Shown here one piece after another: positions 12,478 to 25,958 of a stretch of DNA of 64,000 nt. Source of the stretch: Octopus vulgaris (taxonomy: Eukaryota); NCBI GenBank assembly GCA_951406725.2, contig OX597826.1:8184001-8248000 (forward strand), in the 5' to 3' direction. The stretch's first letter is position 1; each line of letters opens with the position of its first letter. Under the pieces are notes generated by a model that was not told where the DNA came from, did not search any database, and saw only the letters and a list, made by a program, of their open reading frames with translations. A program made the translations under genes and the position numbers.

Positions 12478-13125
12478 GGCGGCGAGCTGGTAGAATCGCG
12501 TTACTTATTTCCTTATTGCCCACAAGGTGTTAAACATAGAGGGTACAAACAAGAACAGACAAAGGGATTAAGTCGATTACATCGACCCCAGTGCGTAACT
12601 GGTACTTAATTTATCGACCCCGAAAGGATGAAAGGCAAAGTCGACCTCGGCGGAATTAGAACTCAGAATGAAACGGCAGACGAAATACCTATTTATTTAC
12701 TACCCACAAGGGGCTAAACACAGAGAGGACAAACAAGGACAGACAAACGGATTAAGTCGATTATATCGACCCCAGTGTGTAACTGGTACTTATTTAATCG
12801 ACCCCGAAAGGATGAAATGCAAAGTCAACCACGGTGGAATTTGAAATCAGAACGTAACGGCAGACGAAATACCGCTAAGCATTTCGCCCGGCGTGCTAAC
12901 GTTTCTGCCAGCTCGCCGCCATCAAATCGCGTTGCTGCGCCGGGAAAATACTGAGCGGCATTTCCACCATCTTTACGTTGTGAGTTCAAATTACGCCAAA
13001 GTGGACTTTGCCTCTCATCCATTCGGAGTCGATAAAATAAGTACCAGCTGAGCCCTGGGGTCGATACAATCGACTAAACGCCTCCAACAAAACCATTGGC
13101 CTTGTGTCATAATTTGAGACCAGTT
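12478..13125 (+). mobile_element. SINE family B host copy split by an antisense SINE-B dimer
   Basis: Head at 12478-12502 resumes at 12925; TSD AATCGCGTT at 12494-12502 and 12925-12933. Confidence 0.85.
12503..12920 (-). mobile_element. SINE family B head-body-tail plus one headless unit (dimer)
   Basis: Two ~180-bp units; junction CGAAATACC|TATTTATTTACTACCC at ~12681-12705. Confidence 0.9.
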
Positions 13126-13154
13126 TTATTGCAATAGTATGATTGATGGTTTTG

Positions 13155-13395
13155 GACGCGCGTGGCTTAGTGGTTATGGCGTTCGACTCATGAGCTTAAG
13201 ATTTTGGTTTCGATTCCTGGACCTGGCGACGAGTTGCGTTCTTGAGCAAAACATTTTATTTCACGCTGTTCCTGTCCACTCACGTGACAAAAATGTGTAA
13301 TACTACAACGAAACAGCGTTCCGTCCAGAGGGGAATATATTTACGACACAGAAACCAAGAAACTTGCCCAAGGCGTCTATATGACCCGGGAAGCG
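13155..13395 (+). mobile_element. Older tRNA-derived SINE, family F (CORE-like centre, tail related to family A)
   Basis: GCGCGTGGCTTAGTGGTTA A-box, GGTTTCGATTCC B-box, CTTGAGCAAAACA centre; relatives at ~44453 and ~62625. Confidence 0.75.
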
Positions 13396-13819
13396 TCTAT
13401 TATTGGTGTTTAATTGTAGTTAGTGTTTGCGATGGGAGTTTGCCTTCTGTTGATCAGTGCTGGGGTTGTTGCAAATACTGTAGTTTTTATCACTGTTGTT
13501 GTTGTTGTTGTTGTTGTTGTTTAACACCAGGTCTGCCCTTATAGAGCAGATCTATAAACCGTGCTATGCTAGTCAGGATTATCTTGTCTTTTTAGCGCTG
13601 CCTACGAATATATGACAGTGTTTCGTCGGCATATTTTCTCTCCATAACAATGAGATGTTTCTCACTGACATTTGACACTTGGCTGCTCTATCAAGCACGT
13701 CAATGGTTCACGTCAGTGGTTCATTCGACAGCATGTCATGTCCACAACGCTGTTGATTCCATTGGCGATGATAATGTTACTGATGGCGGTGTCGGCTAAA
13801 GTTTTGATGATAGTAACAA

Positions 13820-14310
<491 letters not shown>

Positions 14311-15621
14311 GAAGTATAGTTTTGTTGACGGTGATGGTGGAAATTACATTAAGTTTTCAAAGTGATCTTTTATTTCTCGCTCTTACTGATGATGTGGAAA
14401 ATGTTGCCGTTGGTGAGGCGGAAGATGAGTGGGTGTTCGTGGCAGTAGTGGTGTTGACGGTGATGGTAGTGTTGTTGGTGTTGATGTTGGCGGTGGTGGT
14501 GTTGGTGGTGGTCGTCGTCGTCGTGTCATAGTAGTGAAAAGTGGTAATTGTAGTGATGTGTATATATCAGTTATATTTGTTGTGTAGCGATGTTTACTAT
14601 GTAAAACGAAAGAAGAAGAAGAAGAAGAAAAGAAAAAGAGAAAGAATTTACCAAGAGTAAAACCACACGGTGCTAGAACAAATTAAGGATTGGTCATAAA
14701 AGAGCCGTTACATCGTGCATGATATTGCATGACGAGTCAAAGAGAAAATGTCTGAATGCCTTCTTTATTTGCTAGTTTATTAGTCAAATGAGACGTTTGT
14801 TTAAATTCTTTCCGTCCATTCCCCTGATGGAGTTTGGCAAATGGAGAAACGTCATACATGTGACTAGAGACGTCTTATGAATTACGAGAGAACGGGGGCG
14901 AAAGGAAGCATGAAAGAAAAGTTGTAAAATCGACAAATAAAAACGTGTGAAAGTAATACAACGAACACGAGATAAGGAAAACAGTATAAAAACAAAGAAG
15001 AAACGAAAGGGGGAAAAAGTAAGAAAGGAAAATGTTTAAGTTTACCTAAGGGACTGGTTGGTTAACTTGGATAAGCGTAAAAGATCAATGCTTAGAAATT
15101 AAGTATGGTGTAGCGAAAAAAAAATCGAGTGTGATTAGTCACTGCTTTCTTGACACTAAGACAAGAAACCGAAGCCAGTGACAATGTTAAAATGTAGAAC
15201 CAACAAATAGTGCATACGACTCTTTACACTGTCTCCGAATCTCCCTTCTTTTTGCCACTAATAATACAGAACGTGTGACTATATAGTAACTAATAAAATT
15301 TCAAAAACCTTGGTTGACTAATGTTATCCGACTATAGCAGCAATTGTTTGTTTAGAGAGGACTGTTTTCGTATCTTGGACAATTGAGGCTGTCAGTAGTT
15401 CTAAAAAGTATTAAGTATTGTAAACACGAGATGTAATTCAATGTCTGTTCACGAGCGTGCTGTGCAATTGAGCGCAATTAATTGCATATAGCTTACTAAC
15501 TTACTAACAAATGAATAAATTAGCACAGACACAAAATAGATTTTAATAAAGGAATAAAATTGAATAGAACAGAAATGAAAAGAATAACTGGTTGTTGCTA
15601 ACAATATTGTCATGTACTGTA

Positions 15622-16210
15622 AGGTGTTGAGCTGGCAGAAACGTTAGCACGCCGGGCAATATGCTTAGCGGTGTGTCGTCTGTCTTTACGTTCTGAGTTC
15701 AAATTCCACCGCGATCTACTTTGCCTTTCATTCTTTCGAGGTTGATAAATTAAGTACCAGTTGCGTACTGGGGTCGAGCTAATCGACTGGCTCTCTCCCC
15801 CAAAATATTTTGGCGACGAGCTGGCAGAAACTTTAGCACGCCAGGCGAAATGCTTAGCGGTATTTCGTCTACGTTCTGAGTTCAAATTCCGCCGAGGTCG
15901 ACTTTGCCGTTCATCCTTTCGGGGTCGATTAAATAAGTACCAGTTACGCACTGGGGTCGATGTAATCGACTTGATCCGTTTGTCTGTCCTTGTTTGTCCT
16001 CTCTGTGTTTAGCCCCTTGTGGATAGTAAAGAAATAGGTATTTCGTCTGCCGTTACGTTCTGAGTTCAAATTCTGCCGAGGTCGACTTTACGTTTCATCC
16101 TTTCGGGGTCGATATATTAAGTACCAGTTGCTTAGTGGAATCGATCAAATCGACTCGCCCCATCCTCCCAAAATTTCAGGCCTTGTGCCTAGAGTAAAAA
16201 AGAATATTTT
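15622..16210 (+). mobile_element. Cluster of three SINE-B units: short-tail copy, long-tail copy, headless short-tail unit
   Basis: Units at ~15622-15810, ~15812-16036 and ~16037-16210; junction AAAGAAATA|GGTATTTCGTC at ~16028-16047. Confidence 0.9.
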
Positions 16211-16299
16211 CGTGTACTATGACAGTGAGAAAAAGATTGGGAGTTTGAAGTTTCGTTAGTTGTTTGGCTGGTTGGTTGATTGGTTACTGGCTGGCTGGC

Positions 16300-19260
16300 T
16301 GACTTGCTGGTTGGCTGGTGAGTTATTTGTATGGATGGCAGGCAATGAAAGGTGGTATTGTGTAACGATATGTTGTGATGTTATAAGATTGGTCGAAGGT
16401 GTCGTAAAATGATGGAGTGTGCCGAGCAGAGTGGATGCGGAAGAAGTTTAAGAAACGATGGTGATGTTAGGTGAGTTGAGCTGAGCTGGGTTGAGATGAG
16501 TTGAGCTCGGCTCAGCTGGGCTGATATGTATTAAGCGGGAGGAGAAATGGTGGCGGGGTGGGCGTAGAGATAGTGTGGAGAGGTTAGATAAGATGAGGTG
16601 AGGTGAGGTGTGTTGTGGTGAGGGGAAGATTATGTTAATTGTGTGTCAGATGAGATGAAGAAAGTAGAAAGAAAACAATTGATGCGATAAAATGACAATG
16701 GTGGACTGACGAGGATGTTTACGGCGATGGGTGTGTTGGGGGTGGGGGGCTGGTGGTGGCGGCGGCTTGGTGGTGGTATTTGGTGATGGCAGTGGTGTTG
16801 CTGGTTGTAATGTTGTTGTTTTAGTGGTGGTGATGTTAGTAATGGTGATAATGGTGGAGATGCTGGTGGTGGTTGTGGTGGTGCTGGTGGTGCTGGTGGT
16901 GGCGGCGGCGGTGGTGGTGGTAATATATTTCTTGGTGATGATGGTGATGTTGGAGCTTGGTGGTGGTGTTGATGGAAGCATTGGTGGTGTTTAGTAGGTT
17001 TAGTAATACTATTGGTGGTGGCGTAGGGGGTATAGTGGTGATGTGGGGGTGAGGGTTGTGGTGTGGGGGTGATGGTGGTAGTGTGGGAGGAGGATGGTGG
17101 TGATGACGAGTGCGATGGTGGTGTAGGTAATGTTGTACTTGATGATGGTGATGGTGGTGATTTTTGCTGTAACTGAGTGATGGTGGTGGTGGTGGTGGTG
17201 GCGATGTTCGAAGTGACGGTGTTTAGTAATGGTGGTGGTGATGATGGTGGCGGCGGCGGCGGTGGTGTTCGTGATGGTGACGTCGTTGTGTGTGCGGCGA
17301 GATGAAAACGAAGCTAAGACAGTTGCACTGGACATAATGGAAAGGATAATGGTGGTGTGGGTCAGTTTAGAAGTGCTGAGGTAGACAAGTGAAGAATAGG
17401 ACAAATGAGACAAGACTGGGGGGTGGGGTGGAAGGAGTTGAGTGGGCGAAGGACAAGAGGGGGTGGGGAGTAAAACTTGGAACAGAAGGTGAGAGAACTG
17501 AGGGCGGGAGATAAGGTGAATGCATCTAAGTTTAGGGGAAAGTGAGGTAAGAAGTAATGTGGGGTTAAGGATTAAGAGGGGGTGGAACCCATGTAGGGGG
17601 ATTGGGTGACCTAAGGTGGACGTATACGTCGTTGTATGAAAGGAGTAAGGTGAAGAGGTGAAAGGGGTGAGGTGAAAGTGGTGAAGTGAGTGGTCTGAGA
17701 TGAAGGGTAGTGCGTCTGAGACATAGTAGAGTGGGGTAGGAGCGAGGGAAATGATGTAAAGGATGAAGTGAATTAGGGGCCAGAAGCTGTCACCTTACCC
17801 AAAACATTAATTGTTCAGCTGTAAGACCAATATGTCAAAAACAAACAAACAAAGAAACAACAAGGAATCGTTTGGTAAGTCAAATCACATGACTTGTATC
17901 ATGTGATCGTTAATTACGACATAGTCTTTTGCTTGCTGGCTTGCTCTTCGTCCACTCACCCACCCACACACCCGCTCATTCATCCACCCCCTCTTCCCCA
18001 TCCCTTGAAGAAAATAACGCTGAATGAAAACATGGTGGCCATCACTGATAAGACGTCTAAGATTGTGATAACGGCATCGATGACTACGGCGATGAAGATG
18101 GGAAGGAGGGGAGTGAGCAGGAAGAGTGAGGAGGGGAGAGAGGGAGCGAGGGGGAGCGAGGGGGAGCGAGGGAGAGAAGGAGGGAGAGAGAGGTAGGAAG
18201 GGAGGGAGAGAGGAACGGGGAAGAGGAGAGGATGGTGTAGTTGATGATGATGTTGATGATGAAGATGATGACAACGGTGATAATGACAATATTGATGATG
18301 ACGACGACGACGATGATGATGATAATGATGATGATGATGACGATGATATTGATGGTGAAGGTGATGTTGAAGCTACTGCTGCTGCTGCTAGTGATGACGA
18401 TGTTGGCGATGATGAAAACTACACAAGACGGTAGTCGGGATGGAGAAGGAGATGGAGTGGTGTCACTAGTGATGCTGGTGGCGGAGGTGATAACATAATG
18501 ATGAGGACGGCGCGCATAATGATGATGAACATTGTGATGGAGATGGCTTCAGTTGTGAAGTGTTGTTGTGAGTGGTGCTGCCGATAGTAGCGGTAGCGGT
18601 GGTGGAAGTAACGGTGGTGATGGAGATTGCGGTAGAGGTGTTGGTGGTGCTGATGGTGGTGGTATTCGTGGTGATAGTGGTGGTGGTGGTGGTAGTGGTG
18701 GTGGTGGTGGTGGTGGTAGTGGTAATATACTTGTTCTTGGTGATGGTGGTGATGTTGGGGCTTGGTGGTGGTATTGATGGTAGCAGTGGTGATGTTTAGT
18801 AGGGTTGGTAATGCTATTGGTGGTGGTGTGAGGGGGTGATGGTGTTGGTGTAGGGGTGATGTTGGTGGTGTAGAGGGCAATGGCGGTGATGGCGATAGTG
18901 GTGAGGATGGTTTTCGTGGTGATGATGGTGGTGGTGGTGGTGATGGTTTTCGTGGTGATGATGGTGGTGGTGGTGGTGGTGATGGTTTTCGTGGTGATGA
19001 TGGTGGTGGTGGTGGTTTTCGTGGTGATGATGGTGGTGATGATGGTGGTGATGATGGTGGTGGTGGTGGTGGTGGTGGTGGTGATGGTTTTCGTGGTGGT
19101 GGCCGTCGGTAGTGGTACTGCGGGTGACATTGACGATAACGAATTGCCGGTTGGATTGGGCTGATAGGGAATGGCCCACCAACAAAACGGACGGTGGTGG
19201 AGTATGAAGCGGAGGATGTGGGGTGGGGCGGGGCGGTGTTCCATGTGAAGTGTGATTGTT
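16300..19260 (+). repeat. G/T-skewed low-complexity region ((GGT)n, (GAT)n, purine tracts)
   Basis: Strong C depletion on the + strand; ORFs here are poly-V/M/H/T artefacts. Confidence 0.85.
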
Positions 19261-19388
19261 GTGGCGGATGTGTCGTCCGAAATAAGCTGTCACTCCCTCC
19301 TTCATGCTAAACCGGTTCCGATGATGACCAATAAATACACAATAAATACATCACCGTACATATGTGTGTGTGTGTGTGTATAGGTAGG

Positions 19389-19424
<36 letters not shown>

Positions 19425-19436
19425 TATACATGTATA

Positions 19437-19504
<68 letters not shown>

Positions 19505-19724
19505 CTTACACACATATATATGTATGCATGTATACACATATGTATATATGTATATATGTATATATATGTTTGTGTGTGTGTGTACATATATATATTTATA
19601 GATTTGTGTGTACGTACACACATGCATATATATATATACATATGTATACATATATGTAAATATAGTTATATACATACATATATATATATGTATACATATG
19701 TGTATGAATATATATATATAAGCG

Positions 19725-19761
<37 letters not shown>

Positions 19762-20731
19762 TTGTGCGTGTGTGTGCATGAACACACACACACACACACA
19801 TGAGTGCGTGGTGTTGTTAACTGGTTTGTTAAAAGAATATTCAACAAGGTTCGTCTGACTGAGTGTCTCCCTAATAACAAGATTAATGACTTCTGCTCAT
19901 GAAAATTCAAATAAGTTACTCAATATCAAGACGGAACACCGAATCAAATATGGATGACGGCAACAAACCTCAACACTGACATCCGACACCGCCACTAACA
20001 CCAAAAACTATCATGAGCATCACAAGCGCCACCTACATTGCCATCATCGCCCCCGTCATCACCATTAGTAACTCGACCGTCGCCGCCGCTGTCATCCTGA
20101 CCGTTAACATCATCGAAGCCACCACTCGCATCGCCGCCGTCGTCGTCGGTGCCGTGACCATCACCACCGCCGCCATCATCACGACCACCGCCAACGTTAC
20201 GACCATATCATCTACTACCATCACCACAGTCGCCATTGCCGCTAACACCATTACGACGACGACCACTACTACCATCACCTCCAGCAGCAGAAGCAGCAGC
20301 ACTAACCAAAACCATCACCGTCACCACCACCACCACTTCAACCATCACCACCACCAATACCACCATCATCATCATCACCTCCAGCAGCAGCACTAACCAG
20401 AACCATTACCACCACCACCACCTCAACCATCATCGCCTTCAGCAGCACCACAACCATCAGCACCACCAGCACCTCAAACATCATCACCACCATCATTACT
20501 ATAACTACCATCACTACCAACACCGCTACCATCATCACTGCCACCAATACTACAATTACCAACGGCACCAACGCCAACATCACCACAGCCAGCACCACCG
20601 CCACCACCATCACCGACACCACCATCACAAGCAACGCAACAGCCCTCACCACGATCACCACTATAACCACCACCACCACTGTCAACACCATCTCCACCAC
20701 TGCTACCACCACCATCGCCACCAATATTAAC

Positions 20732-20892
20732 ATTTCGTCTGTCTTTACGTTCTGAATTCAAATTCCGCCGAGCTCGACTTTGCATTTCATCATTTCGGGG
20801 TCGATAAATTAAGTACCAGTTGCGTACTCTGATCTATCTAATCGACTTCCCCAAAAATTTCGGGCGTTGTGCCTAGAGTAGAAATGAATATT
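20732..20892 (+). mobile_element. Headless solo SINE-B unit
   Basis: Begins at ATTTCGTCTG, the same internal point as the concatemer junctions; possible TSD AATATTA at 20723-20729 and 20887-20893. Confidence 0.8.
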
Positions 20893-21187
20893 ACCATTAC
20901 CAGCTAACACTAACACTACTAACGCTGCCACCACCACCACCACTACCATATTAGTTCTACCACTAAGTGCCACACCACTACCATCACCACCACCACTGCC
21001 GCCACCACGACCACCACCATCGAAACAACAATTAAAAGAAGCTGCATGGTGGCACGTGAAATGATGATATCGATGATGAATACGATGAAGTTTAAAAAGG
21101 TTAAATGCAATATGCAAGGACAACAAGAACAAGAACAACAACAGTAACAACAATAACAACGACAACAACATCAACAACAGCAACAGT

Positions 21188-21783
21188 GGTGGAGGCGCAA
21201 TGGCCCAGTGGTTAGGGCAGCGGACTCCTGGTCGTGAGAACGCGGTTTCGATTCCCAGACCGATCATTGTGAGTGTTTATTGAGCAAAAACACCTAAGCT
21301 CCTAGAAGCTCCGGCGAGGGATGGGGGGGAGCCGAACCCCGCTGTACTCTTTCACCACAACTTTCTCTCACTCTTTCTTCCTACTTCTGTCACAAAGCAG
21401 AGGAACCATGGTGTAACCCACTATGGTGTGGTAAAACTTTCAGACCCTAGTCTAGATTGCGAATCCTCTGTACCCCAGGATGGTCCAGCTCTCCACCCGT
21501 TAAAAGCTACCGTTTACGGAATAGGGATAATAACGTAGTTTTCGCGCCCGTGCAACCGCCACTCTATCACGTGTGGTGGGTGGATCTTCACGTTGCCACA
21601 CGTATTCTTAGTAGCTTAGAGTAGGCTCGAATTAGAGATTAGTCTTTGTGGCTAATGGCGTGAGTCCAGATTAAGAAGAAGAATGAGAAGAAGAAGAAGA
21701 AGAAGAAGAAGAAGAAGAAGAAGAGAAGAAGAAGAAGAAGAAGAAGAAGAAGAAGAAGAAGAAGAAGAAGAAGAAGAAGAAGA
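21188..21783 (+). mobile_element. tRNA-derived SINE, family E (family A-like head, distinct 3' half, (GAA)n tail)
   Basis: GGTGGAGGCGCAATGGCCCAGTGGTTAGGGCAGCGGACTC head; CACAACTTTCTCTCACTCTTTC shared with family A; second copy at 51341-51874. Confidence 0.85.
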
Positions 21784-21893
21784 CAGCAGCAGTAACAATG
21801 TCAATAATATAGACATAACGTTAACAACTATAACATCGGTAGCGGCAACACTAACAGCAACGATATATATATATATATAGTAACATTCACGAC

Positions 21894-22202
21894 GGTGGAG
21901 GCACATGGCCTAGAGGTTATAGCAGCGGAATTGCGGTCGAGGGATCACGGGTTCGAATCTCAGACCGGGCGATGCGTGTGTTTATGAGCGAAACACCTAA
22001 TCCCCACGCGGCTCCGGCAGAAGGTAATGGCGAACTTCTGCTGACTCTTTCGCCACAACTTTCTCTAACTCTTTCCTCCCGCATCTTGCAGCTCACCTCT
22101 GACGGACCAGCGTCCTGTCCAGGTGGGGAACCTATACGCCAAGGACACCGGGAAACCGGCCCTGATGTGCCAGGCATGGCTCGAGAAGGAACAAACATTC
22201 AA
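21894..22202 (+). mobile_element. SINE family A
   Basis: Closely similar to 380-684; TSD TAACATTCACGACG / TAATATTCACGACG at 21881-21894 and 22203-22216. Confidence 0.92.
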
Positions 22203-22645
22203 TAATATTCACGACGACGATAAAAGCACCAAAGACAAAATACGACATCCAGAATATCATAGAATGTAATTATGACATTGACGACATCGTAACCACCACC
22301 ATCAACAACAAACGATGACAACAACAACAACGACGACGAGAAAGACGACGAAAGCGATGAGGAAGAGGGCGACGAAGAGGGCGACAATAATAGCAACGAT
22401 TGCACTGACATATTAAATAATAAAATTGATGACAACGACATCACCAACAACTGCGACAGTAACAATATCATATGAAACAATATTACCTTTGACGACCACG
22501 ATAACGGTAAGAATAACATTAATTAGATAGAAAATGAATGTCAGAATTGCACCAATAACAACATGGCAGAGATAATAAAAATGAACACAGAACCCGTGAT
22601 TCTTCATGTTGGCTCAAGTTTGTATATCTTCAGGGAAAAATATAT

Positions 22646-22876
22646 ATTTCTTTATTACCCACAAGGGGCTAAACATAAAGGGGACAAACAAGGACAGACA
22701 AACGGATTAAGTCGTTTACATCGACCCCAGTGCGTAACTGGTACTTAATTCATCGACCCCGAAAGGAAGAAAGGCAAAGTCGACCTCGGCGGAAGTTGAA
22801 CTCAGAACGTAACGACAGACGAAATACGGCTACGCATTTCGCCCGGCGTGCTAACGTTTCTGCGAACTCGCCGCCT
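22646..22876 (-). mobile_element. SINE family B monomer
   Basis: 14-bp TSD AGGGAAAAATATAT at 22632-22645 and 22879-22892. Confidence 0.92.
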
Positions 22877-23923
22877 TTAGGGAAAAATATATTCAATGGA
22901 ACACACCGACACCCCATCCACTCCGTTTGCTTTTTGTCATTTTTATCTACAACCGATGGAATAAAGGCGAAGATGATCCAGGATTATTATTTATGATGAA
23001 ATAGAATGAAACTAAACACAAGGAAAAATCTGAAATCTGAGAACCTATGACAATGTTGACAGTTTGTGTTGACACCGCTTAGTCAAAAGGAGTAGGGTTA
23101 ATAAGCGAGTTGGCCTAGTCAAACTGTTATGAAGCGTGTAGGAACAGAGAAATATTGTTGTCATTAGGTTATGAGTAAATATCTACTATTTTAATAATCT
23201 TGTGTTTATCTCCGTCACAACATATGAATGAGAAAGGAAGGTACATTAGATGAATAAGATCGGAAGGGGGTGATGTCAAACTGGTAGTGGGATGATGAAC
23301 ATTGAACGCTGAAAAGAAAAAATCAAACAGGGTTTCAAATCTGTGAGTATATGTATGTATGTGTGTGCATGTACAAGGGAAGTATGTGAATGGCTGTATC
23401 TGTGATTATTATTAACCTTATTCTGCATCTTATTTATACATAAAATACTACAATTAGCCGCAATTTTTGACAGTACAGGGTCAGTTAGTTGTTTTATATA
23501 ACACCTGTTTTGTTCATTTATAATTTAATAAATTGACTGCGTGCTTAAACTAAGTAAAATATCTATTTCAATAACTGACAGCATCGTATCTAGTGTATTA
23601 GCGATAGTTATAATATATCTTGTTTACAGATAATATTCAAAGTTGACTCTCTATTGTAGGCCACAGTGTGGTTTGAAATCAGAATATTAAACGCATTGAT
23701 ATTTGAATATCTTTAGACAGCTTTCATGTTTCGTAACTTACTTATGAACCTTCTCCACTATTGTAAATCCCGACGGCAAAAACAAGAGCTTAAATGACAA
23801 TAACAACAATAAGATTTCAGGAAGATCTTCAAAGTGTGGAATATAAAGACGCAGAAGAAGAAAAGATGAATGCATAAAAGACCAATATATCGGAAGCAAA
23901 TGAATCGGGAGCTAAATGGGTGA

Positions 23924-24005
<82 letters not shown>

Positions 24006-24117
24006 CTCTCTCTCTATATATATTATATACATACATATATACAGACACACACAAACATACATACATACATATATGCACACACACTTATGTACACATGCAT
24101 ATATATATATATACACG

Positions 24118-24161
<44 letters not shown>

Positions 24162-24255
24162 TACATACATATATATATATGTATGTATATATATATATGT
24201 ATATATGTATATATATATACTTATATATACATATATATATATACATATTTATATT

Positions 24256-24314
<59 letters not shown>

Positions 24315-25786
24315 TAGATAGATATAGATATATATATCCATATCACCCCTGTTGATATTCTGACGCTATACCTATTGGTAAAATTCTTTGATGAATCCTT
24401 TGAGAAATCGTACAAGAAATAAAATTGTTTCCAACTCTTACTTTCACTTTGGTCGTCTCTGATGGTTGATACTTTTCACACACCGAGTCTTCATATTCCG
24501 ACAGAATCAAAATATCTGATGTTAAAACAATAAAGGCTAGCTGAAATGAAAAGCCTTGAGAGGAATTAACAGGTGCTGTACACAACAAATTGGTAGAAGC
24601 ACAAAGAAAGAGTATTCGATAATTCTAATGCACCAATAAGAATTTTGCAGACCGCTAAATAAGCGTGTGCCATGTATAAATAACAATAAGGATTCATATC
24701 CAGGTCTGTGGAGCCTCGCTGTAAAATAAGGCTCACGATGGTAGTTTTGATCGCATGGAATAACGATCGTACTACCTGCGATATTCCACCGTCTTTCATT
24801 CCCAAGATATTTATATAATAATGTAGAATGACTCTGTATTACAACAGTGAGCGAAACTTTGAGGAGATGTAAGCGAACCAGAATTAGTTCGCCAATAACA
24901 ACGAAAGGAAGCAGTTTCATTTTGATTTCAATTTGTTAAATTTCACAGACTAAATGATTAACAATATATGGTAATGACGGTATATATACATGTTTGTGTG
25001 TGTGTGTGGTATGAAATTCAACATACAGGGTAGCACTCGAGCAGTTAAGAGAGAAAATATATTATTATAATGAAATCCACAAACAGAAATGTGAAATATA
25101 GCTACCCAGAGATTCCTCCTCGAAAGCTACCCAGAGATTCCTCCTCGTAGTATTGAATTTATTTTGTCATATATCAAGCTGGTAAAAAGAACAAGACGGT
25201 TTAGTAACTGCGTTCAACATAATCAATCTTTGAATGAGCACGCTTAGTTATAAAAAGAATGAGCGCAATCAAGGGAAGACAATTAGCTGCATACGAAATA
25301 TAAGTAGTATTTTTCGAGTATCAAAGTTCCATAGAAAAGCACTGGAACAGGTTATGGTGTGTCTGATGGTGTATCCTTAGTTTCCGCCAAGATGTAACAT
25401 GAGGACATGAGGACATGAAGAAAATATCTCGCTCCTGGTTTTCTCTCATTCCTTGGATTTTCTTAAGTCTTTTAAGTGATACAGTTTTCCAAGCGAGCAT
25501 ACGGAATACCTTTTTGACTAGTCAATATGAAATATGGTTTTAGACAAGATATATTTATATTGTTGTTGATTTTCTTATCCTTAAGCCTTCAGATCAATGC
25601 ATGTCTTTTCTGGGGGTATGTAAACGGAGAAAGATGGTCGTTGTAGCTTAATTTAAATTTTTCCTGTCATGGACCTTATAACGTATTTGGTCTCTTTATG
25701 TATGTATGCATGTGTATATGTGTGCGTGTGTGTGTCTAATATGTCACTGTAATATTCAGTTGGGATTGCTGGCAGAATCGTTAGCA

Positions 25787-25958
25787 CGCCAGGAAAACTG
25801 TTTTGCATTTAGTCCGTTTTTAAGTTCCTTCAAGGTCGACTTTATCTTTCATCCTTTAGGGGGTCGATAAAATAAGTACCAGTTGAACACCGTGGTCGAT
25901 CTAATCGACTTATCCCCTCCTCCCAAGTTACTGGCCTTGTGCCAAAATTTGAAAATAT
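25787..25958 (+). mobile_element. Degenerate SINE family B
   Basis: GCTGGCAGAATCGTTAGCACGCC head and CTTTCATCCTTTAGGGGGTCGATAAAATAAGTACCAG core. Confidence 0.8.

Noticed and set aside
14824-14855. CTGATGG...GAAACGTC hammerhead-like string
   Set aside because: Core A9 is substituted and helices I and II cannot be formed properly
17819-17874. Possible 56-nt exon (TTCAG|...TTTG|GTAAGT)
   Set aside because: Poor pyrimidine tract and an (AAAC)n low-complexity body; expected by chance in 64 kb
23093-23101. AGGGTTAA piggyBac-like terminus
   Set aside because: No matching opposite end or transposase remnant found
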